Shown piece by piece: positions 57,889-64,000 of a DNA stretch of 64,000 bases. Position 1 is the stretch's first letter. Each line of letters opens with the position of its first letter. The translations under genes were made by a program, and so were the position numbers. The notes below the pieces were generated by a model. The model saw only the letters and a program-made list of their open reading frames with translations, was not told the origin of the DNA and did no database searches. The stretch is from Sphingobacteriales bacterium (GTDB taxonomy: Bacteria; Bacteroidota; Bacteroidia; Chitinophagales; JADIYW01), in the NCBI GenBank assembly GCA_016721245.1, contig JADKIQ010000004.1, positions 259,058-323,057 of the forward strand. Reading direction: 5' to 3'.

Positions 57889-59013
57889 TTATAAACTGGC
57901 TTTTATCGCATTCATTAATAAATCAACTTCCGCTTTTGTGATGGTTAAACTGGGTAATAAACGGAGTGTATTTGGATGGTTAGAATTTCCGACAAAAATA
58001 TGGTGTTCGTATACCAGTTTTTCCCGTAATTCTTTTATCGGAAAATTAAATTTAATTCCAATCATTAATCCTTTGCCGCGTATATCTTTTACCTGAGGCA
58101 ATTGTTTGCATTGCTCTAAAAGATATTGTCCCACTTCAATTGTATTTTCAATCAGTCTTTCCTGTTCAATAACTTCTAAAACAGCCAAGCCTGCCGCACA
58201 TGCTAAGGGCGCACCACCAAAGGTTGTGCCCAACATGCCGTATTTTGCCTGTATTTTCGGATGAATCAAGATGCCTGCAATCGGAAATCCGTTCCCCATA
58301 CCTTTTGCCATGGTGATGACGTCCGGCTGCACGTCTGCAAACTGATGTGCGAAGAATTTACCGCTTCTTCCATAACCGCATTGTATTTCATCTGCAATAA
58401 AGAGTGCGTTATGCTCATTGCATAATGTTTGAATCAATTGTAAAAACGAAACATTTGGTTCATAAATGCCGTTTACTCCTTGTATCGGTTCAATAATAAC
58501 AGCACAGATTTCATTTTCAGCAAAGGCTCTTTTCAGCCAGGCTTCATCATTAAAATCTAAAAAAATAACATGCGAATCGTCGTTTACCGGTGGCTTAATT
58601 TTGGGATTATCCGTAACAGCCACTGCACCTGAAGTACGCCCATGAAAGGCACCTCTGAATGCAATTACTTTTTTTCTGTTGTTATGGAATGAAGCAACTT
58701 TTAAGGCATTCTCAACGGCTTCAGCACCGCTGTTACACAGAAATAAGCTGTAGTTGTCATATCCGGAAAGCTGCCCCAGTTTATCCGCCAGTTTTTGTTG
58801 TATATCAATGTGTACGGAATTAGAATAGAACGACAGCTGATGGATTTGTTCTTCCAATTTATTGACATAGTAAGGATGTGCATGACCGATGGAAATCACG
58901 GCGTGACCACCGTAGAAATCCAGGTATTGAGTGCCATTATCATCATACACATAAGAGCCTTCACCCTTTACCAGATTAACATTAAACAGCGGATATACAT
59001 CGAATAGTTTCAT
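57889..59013 (-). CDS. argD: Acetyl-/succinyl-ornithine aminotransferase (class III PLP)
   Basis: 'LCNSGAEAVENALK', 'DEIQCGYGRSGKFFAHQ', 'ITMAKGMGNGFP' (PLP lysine region). Confidence 0.85.
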   Translation of the reverse strand: MKLFDVYPLFNVNLVKGEGSYVYDDNGTQYLDFYGGHAVISIGHAHPYYVNKLEEQIHQLSFYSNSVHIDIQQKLADKLGQLSGYDNYSLFLCNSGAEAVENALKVASFHNNRKKVIAFRGAFHGRTSGAVAVTDNPKIKPPVNDDSHVIFLDFNDEAWLKRAFAENEICAVIIEPIQGVNGIYEPNVSFLQLIQTLCNEHNALFIADEIQCGYGRSGKFFAHQFADVQPDVITMAKGMGNGFPIAGILIHPKIQAKYGMLGTTFGGAPLACAAGLAVLEVIEQERLIENTIEVGQYLLEQCKQLPQVKDIRGKGLMIGIKFNFPIKELREKLVYEHHIFVGNSNHPNTLRLLPSLTITKAEVDLLMNAIKASL

Positions 59014-59049
59014 AGATAAGTTGTGAGTCGTAAGTCGTGAGTGTTTAGT

Positions 59050-60027
59050 TTAATAAGCAACAGATTTTAAGTTCAATCCTTCATTTTCTTCAAATCCAAA
59101 CATCAGATTCATATTTTGAACAGCCTGTCCGGATGCGCCTTTTACCAGATTGTCAATGATTGAAATAATCATCAATTTATTTTCGTGTTTTTCTAAATAC
59201 AATAAGCATTTATTGGTATTGATAACTTGTTTTAAGTCGATATTTTTATCAGAAAGAAATACAAATTTTGCATCCACATTAAAACGACTAAATATCGCTT
59301 TGGCGTCATCTAAATTACCTTCAAAATCTATATAGATAGTAGCAATGATGCCACGTGTAAAATTTCCACGATACGGAATAAAATTTATAGAATGTTTAAA
59401 CTCAGTTTGTAATTGTACAATACTTTCACCGATTTCACCCAAATGTTGATGTGTGAATGCTTTATAAACAGATGAGTTATTATTTCTCCAGGTGAAATGT
59501 GTGGCTTCGTTTTGCAAAATTCCGGCACCGGTACTTCCTGTAATTGCAGAAATATGAATATCAGATTGCAGTAAATTTTGTTTGGCTAAAGGTAATAACG
59601 CTAATTGTATGGCAGTGGCAAAACAACCCGGATTTGCTATATGTTTGGCTTGCTTAATTGCTTCTTTATTTAGTTCAGGTAAACCGTAAATAAAATCATT
59701 AGCATTTTCTTTTAAACGGAAATCATTGGATAAATCTATAATTTTTGTAATAGGCGAGAAGTGGTTATTTTCTAAAAATAATTTTGCTTCCCCGTGCGGT
59801 AAACATAAAAAAACAACATCAATAATTGTATTTATTTCATTCGTGAAAACTAATTCAGTATCACCTAATAAATCTGTATGTACATCGCTAATTTTTTTGC
59901 CAGCCTGACTTCTGCTGAAACAAAAACTTATTTTCACTTTCGAGTGATGCAGAAGAATACGTATTAATTCGCCGCCTGTGTAGCCTGCTGCGCCAATAAT
60001 TCCAGCATTAATTTTGTGATTAGCCAT
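59050..60027 (-). CDS. argC: N-acetyl-gamma-glutamyl-phosphate reductase
   Basis: 'GIIGAAGYTGGELIRIL' and the active-site 'IANPGCFATAIQLALLPL'. Confidence 0.9.
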   Translation of the reverse strand: MANHKINAGIIGAAGYTGGELIRILLHHSKVKISFCFSRSQAGKKISDVHTDLLGDTELVFTNEINTIIDVVFLCLPHGEAKLFLENNHFSPITKIIDLSNDFRLKENANDFIYGLPELNKEAIKQAKHIANPGCFATAIQLALLPLAKQNLLQSDIHISAITGSTGAGILQNEATHFTWRNNNSSVYKAFTHQHLGEIGESIVQLQTEFKHSINFIPYRGNFTRGIIATIYIDFEGNLDDAKAIFSRFNVDAKFVFLSDKNIDLKQVINTNKCLLYLEKHENKLMIISIIDNLVKGASGQAVQNMNLMFGFEENEGLNLKSVAY

Positions 60028-60320
60028 TAGTCAATTGTCGTTAGAAAATTATATTCTAAATGAAGGTAAAGTTGTGGTGGTAAAATACTGAAATTGCTGT
60101 CTAAAAACTGATTGGGAATTTGGTCTTATATGGCAAGCTGTTGATGTCTTAAATCAAATGATTAAGGATTGATGATTTTTGGCTTCTAAAATGTATCATT
60201 TTTAGAGTGTAATAGTGTTGCCTTTTCAAAAATGTATTGTTTTTCTGTTGTACGTTAATGTTTGTTCCATAGTTTTTGTTTTATATAACAGCTGTTTTCA
60301 AAAAATAATTCCACATAAAT

Positions 60321-60356
60321 AAAAAATGCCGGATAAATTTACCCGGCATTTTTTTC
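60321..60356. terminator. Bidirectional terminator downstream of ffh
   Basis: aaaaaatgccgg 60321-60332 pairs with ccggcatttttt 60343-60354; the flanking A and T runs are part of the stem. Confidence 0.75.
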
Positions 60357-60376
60357 TTATACTATATGTTTTTTGT

Positions 60377-61684
60377 TTATCGTTTACCCACTCCCATACC
60401 TTGCATACGTTTCATCATCACTTTCATTTGGTCGAATTGTTTAACGAATGCATTCACTTCTTGTATGGTATTTCCAGAACCTTTAGCCAGGCGTTCTCTT
60501 CTTTTTCCGTTGATTAAATCCGGATTTCTGCGTTCTTCCGGTGTCATGGAAAAGATAATCGCTTCAATTTTTTTGAAAGCATTGTCATCGATATCAATAT
60601 CTTTTACTGCTTTGCCAACGCCAGGGATCATACCTAATAAATCCTTGATATTTCCCATTTTGCGAATCTGGTTGATTTGCTGTAAGAAATCTTCAAAGTC
60701 AAACTGGTTTTTGGCAATTTTTTTGCTTAATCGTTGTGCCTCTTTCTCGTCAAATTGTTCCTGCGCTTTTTCAACGAATGATACGATATCACCCATACCT
60801 AAAATACGCTGAGACATACGTTCAGGATAGAAAATATCGAGTGTATCGATCAGTTTTTCACCGCGCGATACAAATTTGATAGGTTTGTTGACGGTATATT
60901 TAATAGATAATGCTGCTCCGCCGCGTGTATCACCATCTAATTTGGTTAGTACAACTCCGTCGAAGTTGATTCGTTCGTTGAATGCTTTTGCTGTATTTAC
61001 CGCATCTTGTCCTGTCATGGAGTCCACGACGAATAAGGTTTCTTGCGGTTGAATGGCTTGTTTTACATTGTAAATCTCATTCATCATCTCTTCATCCACC
61101 GCTAAACGACCGGCTGTATCTACAATGACTACATTTTGCCCTTTTTGTTTGGCATAGGCGATGGCATTTTGTGCAATTGAAACCGGGTTTTTATTTTCAG
61201 GTTCTGAATAAACTTCCACACCAATCTGTTCGCCCAACACTTTCAACTGATCTACCGCAGCAGGGCGATATACGTCACACGCTACTAAAAGAGGAGTTTT
61301 ATTAAGTTTTGTTTTTACGTGATTAGCCAGTTTTCCGGAGAAAGTGGTTTTACCGGAGCCTTGTAATCCTGAGATTAAGATAACTGCAGGAGAGCCTTTG
61401 ATATTAATTTCAGTAGCAGTACCACCCATCAACTGGGTAAGTTCATCACTGACAATTTTTACCATCAATTGACCTGGTGAAACAGAAGTCAATACATTCT
61501 GTCCCATCGCTTTATCTTTGATCGTATCAGTAAATTCCTTGGCGATTTTATAATTCACGTCGGCATCCACTAATGCACGGCGGATATCTTTTACGGTAGC
61601 TGCAATATTTAACTCCGTCAGTTTACCCTGACCTTTCAGATTCTTAAACGCGCCTTCGAGTTTATCCTGTAAATTTTCAAACAT
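60377..61684 (-). CDS. ffh: Signal recognition particle protein Ffh
   Basis: 'GLQGSGKTTFSGKLA', 'DTAGRL', 'TKLDGDTRGGAALS' and a Met-rich M domain. Confidence 0.95.
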   Translation of the reverse strand: MFENLQDKLEGAFKNLKGQGKLTELNIAATVKDIRRALVDADVNYKIAKEFTDTIKDKAMGQNVLTSVSPGQLMVKIVSDELTQLMGGTATEINIKGSPAVILISGLQGSGKTTFSGKLANHVKTKLNKTPLLVACDVYRPAAVDQLKVLGEQIGVEVYSEPENKNPVSIAQNAIAYAKQKGQNVVIVDTAGRLAVDEEMMNEIYNVKQAIQPQETLFVVDSMTGQDAVNTAKAFNERINFDGVVLTKLDGDTRGGAALSIKYTVNKPIKFVSRGEKLIDTLDIFYPERMSQRILGMGDIVSFVEKAQEQFDEKEAQRLSKKIAKNQFDFEDFLQQINQIRKMGNIKDLLGMIPGVGKAVKDIDIDDNAFKKIEAIIFSMTPEERRNPDLINGKRRERLAKGSGNTIQEVNAFVKQFDQMKVMMKRMQGMGVGKR

Positions 61685-61729
61685 GATTTTAAAATTTGAT
61701 AATTAGCTAATTCGCTAATTGATAAATTG

Positions 61730-63151
61730 TTAGTAATAAGTAAGTCTCTGTACCTTACCTAAATATTTTGCCAAGCGAATTACCTGACGGGTATATCCAT
61801 ATTCGTTATCGTACCAAACATATAATACTATAGATTTTTTGCTTGGTGAAATTAAGGTAGCATGTGAATCTAAAATAGATGCATGTGAATTGCCAACACA
61901 ATCCGTTGATACCAGTTCCTGAGAAGTAGAGTAGTCAATTTGCTCTACCAGTTCACCATTTGTAGCAGCATCTCTGATGATGGCATTTACTTCATCAATT
62001 GTAGATACTTCCTTAGATAAGTTTAGGTTTAGAATTGCCAGAGAGACATCTGGTGTTGGTACACGAACGGCATTCCCGGTAAATTTACCGGACATTGCCG
62101 GTATAACTTTTGTAATGGCACTGGCGGCACCTGTTTCTGTAATGACCATATTTAAAGGTGCCGAACGGCCACGTCGATAACTCTTGTGGTAATTATCCAG
62201 CAAATTCTGGTCGTTTGTGTAAGAATGAACCGTTTCTACGTGACCGCTTTCGATACCTAATTTATCTGCAATTACTTTAATAATAGGAGAGATGGCATTA
62301 GTAGTACAGGATGCTGCAGTAAATATCTGTCCGTTGTCCGGATTGAAATCCAGATGATTTACACCATAAACGATATTTGGTAAGCTGCCTTTTCCCGGAG
62401 CCGTCAGTAATACTTTTGCAATACCTTTTGCTTTCAGGTGAGTACTGAGTTTTTCCTCGTCTCTGAAAATTCCTGAGTTGTCAATCAGTAATGCGTCGTT
62501 GATGCCGTAAGCTGTATAGTCAATATCAGCAGGATTGTCAGAAACAATCATGTGAATTTCGTTGCCGTTGGCAATCAAAGATTTTTTAGTGTAATCTTCT
62601 GTGATAACGCCGCGGAATTTTCCATGTACAGAATCTTTACGTAACAGGGAAGAACGTTTTTTTATTTCTTCATCTGTATTTTTACCGCGTGTAACAATGG
62701 CGCGTAATCTTAACTGTTCGCCGTTTCCGTGTTGTTGAATGAGTTCACGAGCGGCTAATCTTCCAATTCGTCCGAAACCAAACAAAACAACGTCGATTGG
62801 TTTTATAACTCTTTTGTCTTTTCCGTAATCTTTTAACTTTTCTGCAATAAATGCATCATAGTCACCGTTTCCTTCTTTCAGCCATTCTCTGCCAAGGGTT
62901 GCCAGGTCAATTCTGGTGGGTGCAATTTCTAATTTTGCAATTGCTTTTGCAAGTTCCAGCAGCAGTTCAATAGATAAAGGTAAGTCAAGATATTTTTTAG
63001 CAAATTCTTTATTGTTTAAAACCTCAGTATATCTTGCATCTACAATGTTTCTTCTTAAAATAACTAATTCCACATTTTTATCCAACCAAAGTGTTCCTGC
63101 GATATTGATGAGTTCTAAGGCACTTTTTTCTTTAGAATTCCAGTTGCTCAT
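61730..63151 (-). CDS. gap: Glyceraldehyde-3-phosphate dehydrogenase, long form with an N-terminal extension of about 120 aa
   Basis: 'VVLFGFGRIGR' starts near aa 120. The active site is 'ASCTTNAISP', followed by 'WYDNEYGY'. Confidence 0.85.
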   Translation of the reverse strand: MSNWNSKEKSALELINIAGTLWLDKNVELVILRRNIVDARYTEVLNNKEFAKKYLDLPLSIELLLELAKAIAKLEIAPTRIDLATLGREWLKEGNGDYDAFIAEKLKDYGKDKRVIKPIDVVLFGFGRIGRLAARELIQQHGNGEQLRLRAIVTRGKNTDEEIKKRSSLLRKDSVHGKFRGVITEDYTKKSLIANGNEIHMIVSDNPADIDYTAYGINDALLIDNSGIFRDEEKLSTHLKAKGIAKVLLTAPGKGSLPNIVYGVNHLDFNPDNGQIFTAASCTTNAISPIIKVIADKLGIESGHVETVHSYTNDQNLLDNYHKSYRRGRSAPLNMVITETGAASAITKVIPAMSGKFTGNAVRVPTPDVSLAILNLNLSKEVSTIDEVNAIIRDAATNGELVEQIDYSTSQELVSTDCVGNSHASILDSHATLISPSKKSIVLYVWYDNEYGYTRQVIRLAKYLGKVQRLTYY

Positions 63152-63202
63152 GTTGTAGTGTTGTTTTTATGGATTATAGAATTGATATATGATTACAAAT
63201 AC

Positions 63203-64000
63203 TTAATTACCTAGGTAGTTTTTCAATAATTTACTTCTGGAAGTGGCACGCAGTTTATTGATAGCTTTGTCTTTAATCTGACGAACGCGTTCGCGGGTTA
63301 AACCGAATTTTTCACCGATATCTTCGAGTGACATCGGATGTTCCACTCCAATTCCGAAATAGTATTTTATTACGTCTTTTTGTCTGTCTGTTAAAGTAGA
63401 TAAGGAGCGTTCGATTTCTTTACGTAAAGACTCTAAATATTCTAACTGCAAATCAGTTCTTGGTGCAGAGGTGTTTTCCAATACATCCAGCAACGAGTTT
63501 TCTTCTCCTTCCTGAAACGGAGCATCCACAGATACGTGACGGGCTGCAACTCCTAAAGTTGTTTCTACCTCTTCTCGCGTAATTTCCAGCATTTCTGCTA
63601 ATTCATCAGCAGATGGTTCGCGTTCAAATTCCTGCTCCAGGTTGGAAAATGCTTTGTTGATTTTATTTAAAGAACCCACTTTATTTAAGGGCAAACGTAC
63701 AATACGGGATTGTTCCGCCAAAGCCTGTAAAATAGACTGACGAATCCACCAAACTGCGTAAGAGATAAATTTAAAACCACGCGTTTCATCGAAACGTTGT
63801 GCAGCTTTAATCAAACCTAAATTACCTTCGTTAATTAAGTCACTCAGCGTTAAACCCTGATTCTGGTATTGCTTTGCTACCGAAACCACGAAACGCAAAT
63901 TCGCTTTTGTCAGACGCTCTAAAGCAATCTGGTCGCCGGCTCTGATACGCTGTGCTAAATCAACTTCTTCTTCTGGAGTTAATAAGTCAACTTTTCCGAT
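63203..64000 (-). CDS. rpoD: RNA polymerase primary sigma factor (sigma-70, RpoD); the N-terminus runs off the window
   Basis: '[15 protein letters not shown]', '[16 protein letters not shown]', '[18 protein letters not shown]'. The reading frame stays open to position 64000. Confidence 0.9.
   Translation of the reverse strand: MGKVDLLTPEEEVDLAQRIRAGDQIALERLTKANLRFVVSVAKQYQNQGLTLSDLINEGNLGLIKAAQRFDETRGFKFISYAVWWIRQSILQALAEQSRIVRLPLNKVGSLNKINKAFSNLEQEFEREPSADELAEMLEITREEVETTLGVAARHVSVDAPFQEGEENSLLDVLENTSAPRTDLQLEYLESLRKEIERSLSTLTDRQKDVIKYYFGIGVEHPMSLEDIGEKFGLTRERVRQIKDKAINKLRATSRSKLLKNYLGN

Overview
This is an AT-rich chromosomal window that looks like Bacteroidota. The taxon call rests on both type-A and type-B T9SS C-terminal sorting domains, SprB repeats, TAnnTTTG -7 promoter boxes, RRM-type RNA-binding protein, and an acyl-ornithine carbamoyltransferase arginine pathway. 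I support about 50 protein genes and recognised no rRNA, tRNA, CRISPR array, transposase or integrase.

Left to right:
- a frame-broken GEVED/T9SS surface protein
- ftsE, hemE and an RRM protein
- a PadR-PspC envelope module
- an MscS channel
- two giant CHU_C (type-B CTD) adhesins, one carrying a 717-bp tandem repeat of about 3.3 copies
- nitroreductase, LysE, and LPS/glycan genes (RmlD-like, a frameshifted GT2, LpxL-like, WbqC)
- a 10-kb minus-strand Atu/Liu-like acyl-CoA carboxylase catabolic operon: beta and alpha carboxylase subunits, crotonase, a split AtuA (DUF1446 plus DUF4387), and two ACAD-SCP2 fusions. A divergent arm carries SCP2, SDR, GNAT and a polyprenol-kinase-like gene
- a frameshifted TlpA-like gene and crcB
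- a co-directional string of beta-CASP hydrolase, DUF853 ATPase (frameshifted), PPK2, argH and a LysM protein
- argE-argB and argF'-argD-argC, separated by a 3.4-kb block of secreted hypotheticals
- ffh, a long-form gap, and a partial rpoD

The most unusual signals:
1. Nearly every intercistronic spacer of the Atu-like operon holds a different 'iterated-word' palindrome.
2. Two homologous 35-nt GTCGAC-heptamer palindromes sit in frame inside two coding genes of that operon.
3. Single-nt frameshifts recur across the window, mostly at short mononucleotide runs of 2-7 nt. These are either indel sequencing errors or real slippage.

All calls come from reading the sequence and the ORF track; no database search was run.
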